From an archaeon (GTDB lineage: Archaea; Thermoproteota; Nitrososphaeria; Conexivisphaerales; UBA164): DNA of 64,000 nucleotides. A program made the translations under genes and the position numbers. The DNA is taken from assembly GCA_021792955.1 (NCBI GenBank), contig JAJYTP010000001.1, positions 3,044 through 67,043 on the forward strand, in the 5' to 3' direction. Under the pieces are notes generated by a model that made no database searches, was not told where the DNA came from, and was given only the letters and a program-made list of their open reading frames with translations. Each line of letters begins with the position of its first letter. Position 1 is the first letter of the stretch. This document shows, in pieces, positions 46,262-56,039 of this stretch.

Positions 46262-47557
46262 TTAAACCTTGCTTAACCGCATGAAGATAACGCCTATTAT
46301 CAAACTCACAATGGATAACCCCACATATATGGTAAATCCAAGGGAGTACCCTCGGTATCCGAACAGGTTAACAAATGCCCCCAATAAAATCGTAATTATA
46401 AGCCCGCCGAATACGCCGAGCCCACTGACCCAGCCGGTGGCCCCGCCTATATTTGATTTAGAGTACTTGGGCACTAGCTTGAAGGTCGCAGCGCTGTTTA
46501 CACCGACTCCTATCCCCAGTATAATTTCGCCAGCAACATCCAAGGCAAAGCCATTGATCAGAAAGATGATCGAACCAGCCAGCATTAAAAGCGAACTATA
46601 GAACAGGATGGCCTCACCACCATATCTATCGCTCAGTGAACCTGCTGGCACTCTGATTATGGTGCCAAGGATGATGAACCCGATAGACGCTATGATCCCA
46701 GCATCTATTATTCCAACGCCATGGTCAAGCGCCCAGTAAGTGGGCAGCCAGGTGGTAAGGGCTACGTATCCGCCAAAGGCTGTCGTATTGGCTACTACGA
46801 GTCCCCAGTTCTTCAGGTTACTTAGAGGAGCCCTCAGCGACCTGAACGCGTTATAGGAAGGCACCAGCTCCTGCCCATTGTCCTTCGCTATGGCCGCGGC
46901 CCGTTCCCTATCCACTCCCTTCTTTAAAAGCTGGAAGAAGAATGCGTCCTTGGCTATCAGGAAATAGACCAAGAGTACAGCTAGTGAGAGTATAAGCCAT
47001 ATCAGGTAAGCATATGCAGGACCAGTGAAGGTCAGAAGAGGCGGAAGGGCAAGTGTGATTAAGCCGGGCGCCAAGCCTCCGATGCCCGAATAGATTCCCA
47101 GCACATACCCCTGTCTGTTCAACGGATACCAGTACGATGCCTGGGGAACACCGATAGAAAAGGCGGCCGCACCAACGCCGACAAGGCATCCAAGGAGGAG
47201 GAAAAGGGGGAAAAGGCTGTGCGTTAGCCTCATCGGATAATCAAGAAAAAGGATGATGGTGATGGCGGCCATCGAAACGCTGGATACACCAAGGACTATT
47301 AGCATCGGGCTCCTGCCACCGGCAGAATCTGCCCAGGCTCCAAATGGAACCCTTAGGAGTGACCCGGCTACGACGGGGATGGAGACCAGCAGAGCCACCT
47401 CTATAGGAGAAAGGATCATGGCCCTCTGGAACACCACCGCGGTCGGTCCAAACAGGGAGATCGTAGCAAGGCCCATGAATTGGCCCATGGTGGCCGATGT
47501 AAGGCCAATCCTCCTACTGCCGGTAAGGCCATAATCCGCTGTCCCCGGCGGTTTCAT
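46262..47557 (-). CDS. Major facilitator superfamily transporter
   Basis: It has about 12 hydrophobic segments, and the loop motif GAWADSAGGR resembles the MFS D-R-x-G-R-R loop. Confidence 0.7.
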   Translation of the reverse strand: MKPPGTADYGLTGSRRIGLTSATMGQFMGLATISLFGPTAVVFQRAMILSPIEVALLVSIPVVAGSLLRVPFGAWADSAGGRSPMLIVLGVSSVSMAAITIILFLDYPMRLTHSLFPLFLLLGCLVGVGAAAFSIGVPQASYWYPLNRQGYVLGIYSGIGGLAPGLITLALPPLLTFTGPAYAYLIWLILSLAVLLVYFLIAKDAFFFQLLKKGVDRERAAAIAKDNGQELVPSYNAFRSLRAPLSNLKNWGLVVANTTAFGGYVALTTWLPTYWALDHGVGIIDAGIIASIGFIILGTIIRVPAGSLSDRYGGEAILFYSSLLMLAGSIIFLINGFALDVAGEIILGIGVGVNSAATFKLVPKYSKSNIGGATGWVSGLGVFGGLIITILLGAFVNLFGYRGYSLGFTIYVGLSIVSLIIGVIFMRLSKV

Positions 47558-47708
47558 TTACCTTCGGTTAGCCACAGTGCTCTAATAACCTTTTTTTTGA
47601 AAATCAGCTGGCCTTTTGACTGGCTAGCCCCTGCATGAAAATGAAATAGGGCCCAGAATATGGGGTAGGAACGCAAGCCTTTTATCGTTCCGCACCGGCA
47701 GTTACATA

Positions 47709-48524
47709 TTGTTGAATATAATCAAAAGGGATGGACGCAGGGAACCCTACAGGCGGGACAAGCTGTTCGCCGGCATCCTAAGATGCTCGAATTATGCAAT
47801 AGCGGATAAGGTGGTTCGCATTGTGGAAAACAGGATCCAGGCTACAGGCGGTAACGCAGATATTACGGCCGACGAACTGCATAACATGGCGCTCGAAGTG
47901 CTCCGGGTTGAATCCCCTCCATCAGCGCTTCGCTATGATCTGCGGAGATCGATTATGAAGCTGGGTCCAAACGGTTTCGCCTTTGAAGACTTCATAGCGG
48001 ATATGCTCAGGTTGGAAGGAAAGGATGTGCTGGTGAGGGTCAAGGAGCGAGGAAAGTGCGCCCTGCACGAACTTGATATAACATATGAAGAGGAGGGAGG
48101 CAGGCATTTCATAGAATGCAAGTATCATAACGAATATGGGATATATACGGGGCTCAAGGAGGCCATGTACACTTATATGAGGTTGCTAGACCTAAGGGAC
48201 AATGGTTTAGGTTACACAAACTGCACCCTGGTAACAAACACGAAGGTATCATGGGAAGCGGTCGACTTTTCATCCTGTAAGCACATGAACGTCATAGGTT
48301 GGAACTTCCCACCGGGCCATGGGCTTGAAAGGACCCTCGAGAGGCTAAATATGTACCCCGTCACAGTATTGGAGAAACAGCTACAGCCGGAGCAGGTATA
48401 CCACCTCCTTAATGAGCACATAGTCACGCTCAGAGATCTGATAGCGGCCTATGATGGTGGCAGGCTTGACAAAGGCTTTGAGAGTTCGGTTAACCTGTCC
48501 AGGGAAACCGTTTCAAACGGTTGA
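47709..48524 (+). CDS. ATP-cone domain protein fused to a PD-(D/E)xK (Mrr-like) nuclease domain (TTG start)
   Basis: The N-terminus IIKRDGRREPYRRDKLFAGILR is an ATP-cone. The central segment reads FEDFIADMLR...HELDITYEEEGGRHFIECKY (D...ExK). Confidence 0.6.
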   Translation: MLNIIKRDGRREPYRRDKLFAGILRCSNYAIADKVVRIVENRIQATGGNADITADELHNMALEVLRVESPPSALRYDLRRSIMKLGPNGFAFEDFIADMLRLEGKDVLVRVKERGKCALHELDITYEEEGGRHFIECKYHNEYGIYTGLKEAMYTYMRLLDLRDNGLGYTNCTLVTNTKVSWEAVDFSSCKHMNVIGWNFPPGHGLERTLERLNMYPVTVLEKQLQPEQVYHLLNEHIVTLRDLIAAYDGGRLDKGFESSVNLSRETVSNG

Positions 48525-48564
48525 ATTTGAGATATCAATGCATCGAGCCGTCCATGGACCGTCC

Positions 48565-49224
48565 CTATGGTAAATCCTTCCATTGTACAAGGAAGTTCGC
48601 CCTTTCGTCAAAGTCCCTCAATGATATGCGGTCCACCTCATCTATTTCCTCCACGGACATGAACAGAACGCTTTCAAGTTCCATGGGCAACCCCTTAACG
48701 TCGAAGGAGTTCCTGCCTATGAGCGAATCACAGGCCTTACTGAGCCTTCCAGTTCGATATATGGCATGAATGACCTCAGGTTGTCCGTCCGGCCAGATCG
48801 GTATGACGGCCGCGAAGTCGGTGGATGATATCCTTCGATATAGGTGTTCAATGAATCCGAGCGTTATGAACGGGGAATCGGCCGGAACCACCACCGTATA
48901 ATCATATTTGGCCTTGCCTACTGCGGAGGCCGTGCCTATTAGAGGGGAGTATTCTTGACGCCCATCTATGGCGACCGTCACGTCGCTGGAGATATTCCAG
49001 CCACCCAGCTGCTGCTTATCCTTGATCGAAATTATTACATCATCTGAGGCCTGGGTCGCTATATCGACCACCCACTGAAACATGGGTTTAGAGCCCAGCA
49101 TGAACATCTGTTTTCTCCCCCCAAACCTCCTTGATTCTCCGCCGGAGAGGACGATTATGGATACCGGTATCACGTAGTCCAAGGCCAAGGTGTGGCTATT
49201 AAGCGTTATCGACGGATAGGCCAT
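48565..49224 (-). CDS. mobA: Molybdenum cofactor guanylyltransferase-like (MobA family)
   Basis: It carries IIVLSGGESRRFGGRKQ. The length of about 200 aa fits the NTP_transf_3 fold. Confidence 0.65.
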   Translation of the reverse strand: MAYPSITLNSHTLALDYVIPVSIIVLSGGESRRFGGRKQMFMLGSKPMFQWVVDIATQASDDVIISIKDKQQLGGWNISSDVTVAIDGRQEYSPLIGTASAVGKAKYDYTVVVPADSPFITLGFIEHLYRRISSTDFAAVIPIWPDGQPEVIHAIYRTGRLSKACDSLIGRNSFDVKGLPMELESVLFMSVEEIDEVDRISLRDFDERANFLVQWKDLP

Positions 49225-49321
49225 GGATGACCATTTAAAACGCTAGCGCCTGACGGTAAGTCAAATATGGGGTCAGCAGCTAGCCAATTTGCCGCCCTCG
49301 GTTCCAGCTTCGGCCTTCAAG

Positions 49322-49396
49322 AGCCTCGAGCGGGAATTGAACCCGCGACCTTCGCCTTACCAAGGCGACGCTCTAACCAATCTGAGCTATCGAGGC
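49322..49396 (-). tRNA. tRNA-Thr (anticodon GGT)
   Basis: The acceptor stem is gcctcga/tcgaggc, the D arm gctc/gagc, the anticodon arm tcgcc-TTGGTAA-ggcga, and the T arm gcggg-ttcaatt-cccgc. Confidence 0.85.
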
Positions 49397-51742
49397 AATA
49401 TTATGCATCGCCCGGAGGTCCCTTTCGAACGGCTTTAGTTCGTCAGGGATTTTTAAACTTATTGGGTCCTTGAGCGCAAGCTTCCTCTCCTTTTTATAGT
49501 TCCAGACATAACTATTGAACTCCAGCAGCTTATCCGTAAGATCGCTGAGGTCCTTCTCCACCGTGGGCTTTGAAGGGAACATCTCCTTATGGATGGAGGT
49601 CGAGGAATACAGCGTTGTAAATATACGGTCGGACATCATGGGTATGAACGGCGCGATCAGCAGGAGCAGGCTCCTGAGCACTAGGTGTAATGTGAACCAA
49701 GCTCCTCTAACCTCCCTTTCACTGAAGCCGGTTACCCCATATGCCCTGGGCTTCGCCAGTTCAATGTAATGGTCAGCAAACTTGTACCATGTGAAATCGC
49801 GAATCAACAGCATGGCCCTGTTTAACATATAGCTTTCATTTGAGGTCCTGACTTCGTCGATCAACTTGGCCAGCTCTGTTATGATCCACCTATCGCTGTC
49901 CAACAGTTCGTAATCATCGCTTGGGATTGGGAAGGATGAAATCAGCCTGCTTACGTTCCAGAGCTTGGTCAGAAACTTCTGATTTCCTGTCACCCTCTGC
50001 TGTGAGTACCTTATATCCCCCTCCGTTATATTGCCCTCCAAAAACGCCCAGACCCTGAACGCTTCAGCTCCGAACTGGTCCAGCACCTTGTTAGGGTCCA
50101 CCGTGTTGCCGAGGCTTTTGCTCATCTTCTCTCCCTTTTCATCTACGACATGCATATGTATCCATACATCCTTGAAGGGGGCAGCTCCGGTGATCAGATA
50201 GCTCTTCAATAGCGTAAAGTAAAGCCAGCTCCTCACTATCTCCTTTCCCTGTGGCCTTAGCGAAACAGGGAATGCCCTGCCAAACGTATGGCGATCCAGG
50301 GGGTATCCAGTTATATATAGCTCCGTGTTGCTGGAATCAAACCAGGTATCAAATATCCGGCCTTCACCCACGAAGCTTGATCCTCCGCAGGAGGGGCATC
50401 TATTGACCGGCGGATCCTCCTTCCACGGCCTGTAATATTTGCCAGGTGGCGGCGCATAGGTGGCGCCGCAGCTTTTGCAGTACCATAGGGGGATCTCTGT
50501 CCCGTAGTAACGATGTCTCGAAATCACCCAATCGGAGGACAGCCCGTTTATCCAGTCGGTGAGCAGTTTCCTGCTTTCTGGGGCAAAGAATTTCATCCCA
50601 GCTACGGCATCCAGCAACTCCTTTACAAAGGGTAGCTGTTTCAGGTAGATCTCCTTCTGTGGAATGAATTCGATGGGGGTGTGGCTCCTCCAGCAAATTG
50701 GCTGACGATGGACAATCCTTTCCTCCTTAACTACAAGGCCGGCCTTCGCCAGATCGGATGCTATCTCCTCCCTGGCCTCCTTGACCTTCAGTCCGGCGTA
50801 CTTCCCAGACAGCTTGTTCATTCGTCCATCCGGGCCCAGTAGAAAGGTAGGTGCAAGGCCCAGGTCCTTGAACACGGCTATATCCCCCTGATCGCCGTAA
50901 CTGCATATCATAACAAGCCCGCTCCCGTAGTCCGGCTTTGCATATGGATGCCCCCTAATCGGTACCTCCTGGCCAAATAGGGGCACCTTGGCCTTCCTGC
51001 CCTCATAATTCCTGTACCGCTCATCTGCAGGATTGAAGATGATGGCCTTACAGGCAGCCAAAAGTTCAGGCCTGGTGGTGGCTATGATCAAATTTCCGTC
51101 GTCGTCAGCGATTTGGAACCTGATGGAATATAACGTAGTTTCCTCCTCCCGATATTCCACCTCCGCATCGGAGAGCGATGTGCCGCATGCTATACAGTAG
51201 TTGCTTGTGCGCTCGCTTTCATATATGAGCCCCCTTTCAAACAGGTCAAGAAAGATCCTCTGAGTGAGCTTCCGGAATTCAGGATCATCAGTTTCATAGA
51301 GGCCACCCACATCGTGTCCGCGTTTATAACTGTTGAACCCTATTCCGAGTCGCCTGAATGTTTCGTGGGCGGTCTTCGTGTATCTGTTTAGCAGCTCTTC
51401 ACACTTGGCCAGGAACTCCTCGCGTGGCGTCACCCTTATATCCACCTTGTATTCCTTTTCGGTCTGCACTTCGATCGGCAGACCATTTCTGTCAAATCCG
51501 AGGGGGAACAGCACATTATTGCCGGTCATGCGCCTGTATCTTGCTATTGCGTCCATCCAGACGTAGGTATACGCCTGGCCGATATGTATCTGAGTATTTA
51601 TATATGGTGGAGGCGTATCGATGGAATAGACCGGGAGCCCTGACGACTTGTCAAATGAATATAGGTCGTCCCTTTCCCATCCGTCGATGATCGAACTTTC
51701 AATGGCCGTATCCCATCTGGTTTCCTTTATCTTTGGTTCCAT
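49373..51742 (-). CDS. valS: Valyl-tRNA synthetase
   Basis: It carries IDTPPPYINTQIHIGQAYTYVWMDAIARYRRMTGNNVLFPLGFDRNGLPIE and KMSKSLGN. The size is about 790 aa. The last 7 codons and the stop lie inside tRNA-Thr. Confidence 0.88.
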   Translation of the reverse strand: MEPKIKETRWDTAIESSIIDGWERDDLYSFDKSSGLPVYSIDTPPPYINTQIHIGQAYTYVWMDAIARYRRMTGNNVLFPLGFDRNGLPIEVQTEKEYKVDIRVTPREEFLAKCEELLNRYTKTAHETFRRLGIGFNSYKRGHDVGGLYETDDPEFRKLTQRIFLDLFERGLIYESERTSNYCIACGTSLSDAEVEYREEETTLYSIRFQIADDDGNLIIATTRPELLAACKAIIFNPADERYRNYEGRKAKVPLFGQEVPIRGHPYAKPDYGSGLVMICSYGDQGDIAVFKDLGLAPTFLLGPDGRMNKLSGKYAGLKVKEAREEIASDLAKAGLVVKEERIVHRQPICWRSHTPIEFIPQKEIYLKQLPFVKELLDAVAGMKFFAPESRKLLTDWINGLSSDWVISRHRYYGTEIPLWYCKSCGATYAPPPGKYYRPWKEDPPVNRCPSCGGSSFVGEGRIFDTWFDSSNTELYITGYPLDRHTFGRAFPVSLRPQGKEIVRSWLYFTLLKSYLITGAAPFKDVWIHMHVVDEKGEKMSKSLGNTVDPNKVLDQFGAEAFRVWAFLEGNITEGDIRYSQQRVTGNQKFLTKLWNVSRLISSFPIPSDDYELLDSDRWIITELAKLIDEVRTSNESYMLNRAMLLIRDFTWYKFADHYIELAKPRAYGVTGFSEREVRGAWFTLHLVLRSLLLLIAPFIPMMSDRIFTTLYSSTSIHKEMFPSKPTVEKDLSDLTDKLLEFNSYVWNYKKERKLALKDPISLKIPDELKPFERDLRAMHNIASIAQIG

Positions 51743-51749
51743 TTTACCA

Positions 51750-54506
51750 TCAACGCCTATAGCGCAGGAGCGCCCCTATCCCACCAAAGCTCATGAACAT
51801 TACCCCGGCCTCTGACTTGGATGAGATCACTTCAATTTTGCTGCCCACGGCCGTCCCCCTGTCATATAGGTAATCCACTAGATCCTGTGTTTCAAAGTTC
51901 CAGGTGTCCTTACCGCATGTGGGGCACCTGGCATCGCTCATCGTAGTCCTAAACGAAAACATATCGGATTCCTTGACGAAATCCTCCCTATTATATCCAC
52001 AATTTTTACATATGGTTTTTACAAATTTCATATTAAGGTCTTCCGAAATCAGGATCGTATTGGCGCTTGCATCCCTTATGCTGTCAAGCACGGGCTTCAG
52101 GCCGTATACCGCCAGCCCCTTGGGCTTTGATGCCTCCGTTATGAACTGCTCCACGAGCTTCTTCTCCTGTATCACCCTCATGTTTTCCAGAAGCCCCTGT
52201 CCTCTGGTGAGCGTTTCCCTGATCCCCTCTTCACCGGCATAGCCGGTATCGATCTCACCTATGGTCATCTTCTGCAATCTATAATCCATATATTCGCCCT
52301 TGAAAAAATCCTCCTTGGTCATGCCTGGACCGCTGATTATCAGCGCCTTTATTGGCCTATCACCCAGGAATATCTTGGTAGCATGGGCAGCTACCCTGTG
52401 GAAGTAGTCGTTTATTTCGTTCTCCCTTATCCTCTCAAACCTCCTAGCCGACTGACCTCCCTGTCTGTGCTTGCCGCCGACGCCACTGGTTATCACCTGA
52501 ATGACATCTACCCTGTCCCCGGATATAGTCCCGTAGCCCGCCTCGGAGTTGTCCATGGAAAGTATGCCTATCAATTCCTCCTCCCTTAATAATGACCTGA
52601 GGATGTCGAGATGGAAATGGTCGTCGCAATTGTGGACCATAAACCCGTTGGCAAAGAAGGAATGATCCCCTCCATCAAGCGTCAGGTCCCTTACATCGTC
52701 TAGCTCCACCAATTCAGTGGAGACTACGTTCTCCCAGAGGAGGAGCTCATCAGGCCTAACCCTTGAGGCCGCCAGCCACTCAGAATACCCAGATACGGGC
52801 GCCGTTCCTAAAATCGATGTTACAATGCCGCCAGAACTGCGAGTTTGGATCGTTCGCCCTGCAATATTTAGAGAATTGGGGACCCCTAGGATGTCACTGT
52901 CCGAACTTCCTCTGGATACATGGGTAATTTCGGCGCTTGTCGAAGAATGATAATATGCCCTGATTCTCAGATATTCACCCAGGAGCTGCGCCTTTGACGC
53001 CTTCCCTTCCGAATATCTGAATCCCACTGCATGGCATAGCTTCAGTATATTTTCTTCCGTATGATCGAATAGAAGCTCAAATTCAACAGCCCCTGTGTCA
53101 TCCATAAATGAATCCATGGGCCGCGTCATGATGTCGTAGATCTTAATTCCGAAGTTTGTAAATAGGCGCGAAACATCCCGCGCAAATTCCATGCCTTCTT
53201 TATACATTCCTTGGGGCCTGTGGAACACAGCCCTGCCTGAAACTAGATGATCTGAACCCGATATGGCTGGGGCCTGACCGTCCCCACCCATATAGGCCGC
53301 TAGGAACTCCCGCTGAACTTCAGCAGGCGCATTAAACAGCCAATCCGGCACCATAGGCATACCTCCGAGGATATGACCGCGGCCAGCGCCCAGAGCCATT
53401 AATAGCATATAGATCGCTGGGTCTACAACCCTTATGTTGATCGCATTATGGGGCCTGCCCTCAGCGTTCGAGTTACCCTCTGATGCAGTTAGTCCAACCA
53501 GCCGGGTTGCTGCTCTCAAGGACATCAAGTCGGCCCTGATATCCTCTGCGGCTGAGGAATCTTCGGCATAAATGTCAATAGAGTAAACGGGGCGCTGTTT
53601 TCCATCAGTGATCCTGGCCGCAGGGCATGAAGAGCTTTCACTAAGCATATACCCTAGAATACGCGCTACAATAGGTAATTTGGGATTATCGAACTTCAGT
53701 GGCAGAAGCGCCAGCTGTTTTAGCCTTTTAATAGCAACATCGATATCCATTGGAGGATAGTGCGCGCTTTTTATAGGCCCTTCATCAATAACTATTTTGT
53801 CGCCCCCAGGGTCCACTTTCTGGAAGTACATGTCATCTAGAGGATAGACACATACTAGGTCTCCAGGTTTTATATCTACTATATTCTTCCAGCCGGCTGG
53901 CGTAAAAAATGGGTGATCTTCAGTAGCAACTATAGTCCTCCCACTCTCGCTGGTGAGGCGGTAAACCTTCCGCCTTCCTGCCACCGTCCGAATGTAGCCT
54001 TTTATTCGGGCCCCAGTTATCTGCCGCCCATTATCCTTTGTTGACCTTATGGTTTCACGGCTCCATGACGATCCAAGTTGGCCAATGGTCCTTTGCAGCC
54101 CATTCTGCAGGAAGATCCGCGTATCTGGCGAAACGCATCTGTAGAGATATGTAGTAACCGGCTTTGGAGGGACGATTTCATAGGTTCTTATCTCCTCATC
54201 CTTTGTGCTTCCTTCCACAGGAAGCGAACCTCCAAATATGATCAGGCCAGTATCAGGTGGCTGCTTATATAGCTTCAACTTCTGCATTATGCGCGTCAAC
54301 GCGTCCTGCACATGCGTCCTGGTAGTATCGCTTTTGATATTTGACGCCGTCCCGTATTCATCCTTTAGCTCATTTACTACATCGTAAATCGGCTTTTTTG
54401 GCGGAATGTATAGGGATACCAGTTCTGTGCCGTGGCCCGAAATATTCCCTAGCTCCAGCAAAAGCCTCTTTATCTTATACGCCGCAACTGAATTATATTC
54501 ATCCAT
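51750..54506 (-). CDS. prf1: Peptide chain release factor aRF1, interrupted by an in-frame intein
   Basis: NIKS motif (TASNIKS), GGQ motif (HRQGGQSARRF). The exteins total 415 aa and re-join as ...TYLYR|CDDHFHLDIL. Confidence 0.92.
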   Translation of the reverse strand: MDEYNSVAAYKIKRLLLELGNISGHGTELVSLYIPPKKPIYDVVNELKDEYGTASNIKSDTTRTHVQDALTRIMQKLKLYKQPPDTGLIIFGGSLPVEGSTKDEEIRTYEIVPPKPVTTYLYRCVSPDTRIFLQNGLQRTIGQLGSSWSRETIRSTKDNGRQITGARIKGYIRTVAGRRKVYRLTSESGRTIVATEDHPFFTPAGWKNIVDIKPGDLVCVYPLDDMYFQKVDPGGDKIVIDEGPIKSAHYPPMDIDVAIKRLKQLALLPLKFDNPKLPIVARILGYMLSESSSCPAARITDGKQRPVYSIDIYAEDSSAAEDIRADLMSLRAATRLVGLTASEGNSNAEGRPHNAINIRVVDPAIYMLLMALGAGRGHILGGMPMVPDWLFNAPAEVQREFLAAYMGGDGQAPAISGSDHLVSGRAVFHRPQGMYKEGMEFARDVSRLFTNFGIKIYDIMTRPMDSFMDDTGAVEFELLFDHTEENILKLCHAVGFRYSEGKASKAQLLGEYLRIRAYYHSSTSAEITHVSRGSSDSDILGVPNSLNIAGRTIQTRSSGGIVTSILGTAPVSGYSEWLAASRVRPDELLLWENVVSTELVELDDVRDLTLDGGDHSFFANGFMVHNCDDHFHLDILRSLLREEELIGILSMDNSEAGYGTISGDRVDVIQVITSGVGGKHRQGGQSARRFERIRENEINDYFHRVAAHATKIFLGDRPIKALIISGPGMTKEDFFKGEYMDYRLQKMTIGEIDTGYAGEEGIRETLTRGQGLLENMRVIQEKKLVEQFITEASKPKGLAVYGLKPVLDSIRDASANTILISEDLNMKFVKTICKNCGYNREDFVKESDMFSFRTTMSDARCPTCGKDTWNFETQDLVDYLYDRGTAVGSKIEVISSKSEAGVMFMSFGGIGALLRYRR
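52629..54137 (-). mobile_element. Intein (503 aa) with a LAGLIDADG homing-endonuclease domain, inserted in aRF1
   Basis: Block A is CVSPDTRIFL. Block B is IVATEDHPFF. The LAGLIDADG-like motifs are VARILGYMLSESS and REFLAAYMGGDG. The C-terminus is FANGFMVHN, followed by the +1 Cys. Confidence 0.85.
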
Positions 54507-54559
54507 AGCTTCCAGATCACCTTAAATCTTAATTACCACCATTCGCTACCTATAGCATC

Positions 54560-55237
54560 TTGATAGCGGTAATAAAGCTTTCAGGTTCCCTGTTCAATGG
54601 CCCAGACGTTTCCGGCATTATTTCCATCGTAAACGTACTAAGGAGCTACCACGCGGCCGGTAACGAGCTCACACTGGTGGTGGGAGGGGGCCTGAGATCG
54701 CGGGAGTACATTTTACTGGGAAGAAAGCTCCATCTCAACGAAAACTACCTGGACGCTATCGGCATTGACGCTACCAGGATCAACGCCAAGCTGATGATCG
54801 GGGCTCTCGGGGAGCTGGCCTTTCCACGTGTCGGGGGGGCGCTCGAAGATGCATCATTAGCTTCCTCAATGAAGAAGATAGGCGTATTCGGCGGGCTGAT
54901 TCCAGGGCACAGCACGAACGCCGTGGCCGCCTTAGTGGCCGAGAGGCTTGGGGCTGATATTTTTGTAAACGCCACGGATGTAGCCGGCGTATTTGATAAG
55001 GATCCACGAAAGCATGGAGATTCCACGCTGCTTAGGCAAGTAAGCGTTGGGCAGCTTCAAGATATACTGAGAAACGGCGAATCCGTAGCCGGTTCGTATG
55101 AACTGATGGACTCACTGGCGTTGCTCATTATTAAACGCTCGCGCATCAGGACGTTGATAACCAGCTATAGCGCTCCAGATATAGAAAAGGCTTTAAGCGG
55201 TCAGAAGATAGGCACAGAGGTAGTATTTAATGAGTGA
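54560..55237 (+). CDS. pyrH: Uridylate kinase (archaeal type, TTG start)
   Basis: It carries IAVIKLSGSLF, VVGGG and ATDVAGVFDKDP. The length is about 225 aa. Confidence 0.85.
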   Translation: MIAVIKLSGSLFNGPDVSGIISIVNVLRSYHAAGNELTLVVGGGLRSREYILLGRKLHLNENYLDAIGIDATRINAKLMIGALGELAFPRVGGALEDASLASSMKKIGVFGGLIPGHSTNAVAALVAERLGADIFVNATDVAGVFDKDPRKHGDSTLLRQVSVGQLQDILRNGESVAGSYELMDSLALLIIKRSRIRTLITSYSAPDIEKALSGQKIGTEVVFNE

Positions 55238-55454
55238 AAAGAAGCCCTCTAAGGTCCACGCGGTGATTCCTCCCCATACCCATTGCAAGGTATGCGGAAA
55301 GGCCATACCGGAGGGACAGATATATTGTAGCAAAGCATGTCATGATAGGGATGAGGGGGCGCGTAAAAGGGAAAGGCGTACCATGTGGATATTCTACGCC
55401 ATATTCTTCGTAGTGATGATAGGGATGTTCCTCTACATCTACGTGATAAGGTAA
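55230..55454 (+). CDS. DUF2116-like zinc-ribbon protein with a C-terminal TM helix
   Basis: It carries HCKVCGKAIPEGQIYCSKACHD, a basic linker, and the hydrophobic stretch IFYAIFFVVMIGMFLYIYVI. Confidence 0.55.
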   Translation: MSEKKPSKVHAVIPPHTHCKVCGKAIPEGQIYCSKACHDRDEGARKRERRTMWIFYAIFFVVMIGMFLYIYVIR

Positions 55455-56039
55455 ACTACTGGTTATAAATGGGCAGGATATATACATGCCACTTCCCTTA
55501 TTGGGTAAAAAGGCCTAGTTTGAAATGTCTTCTTGTTGATGTACATGTTGATATCGGAGAACAGGCTTCAAGTAATAGTGCCCCGGGCGGGAGTCATGGC
55601 CTGAGGTAGAATTCTCTGACATGCCCTTCTCATGTACAATCCTGTTTACATCCTTTTATTTGCCTCCAGAGATCCCATTAAAGCCAATAAGGAATTTTCG
55701 CTGCATTACACGAATCGCCTGCAGCCCTGCACCTATCCACGCTATAAATAACAGCACAGTTTCGTTAGATGCAGCATGCCGCATGGAATACAGTTCTGGG
55801 ATGGCGCCCTCATTGATAAACGCCAAAACTGCTGGTTGAACGAATGGGTTAGGCGTGATGTGGTATGATAGTGGAACAATTTGAAAGGTCCAGGCTGCAT
55901 CAGTATATATGTCAGGCCAAGGGATGAGAAACGACATTTAACACATGGGGGTTTCCCAGGGTTCCTGCTGAGCGTAAGGTCCATTGTACTCTGCGGTGCA
56001 GGTGCCTAGCTCGTTCCCGAGCATGACCAGTACTGTGGC

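Noticed and set aside
49267-49473. 68-aa plus-strand ORF, and likewise the 66-aa ORF at 58332-58532
   Set aside because: Both are explained by tRNA genes (tRNA-Thr and tRNA-Glu) on the opposite or same strand. The translated sequences are artefacts of GC-rich tRNA stems.
55656-55937. 93-aa minus-strand ORF (MSFLIPWPDIYTDAAW...) as a functional membrane protein
   Set aside because: It lies in the degraded patch next to the IS630 remnant and looks like a fragment of a larger transporter. The evidence is insufficient to annotate it.
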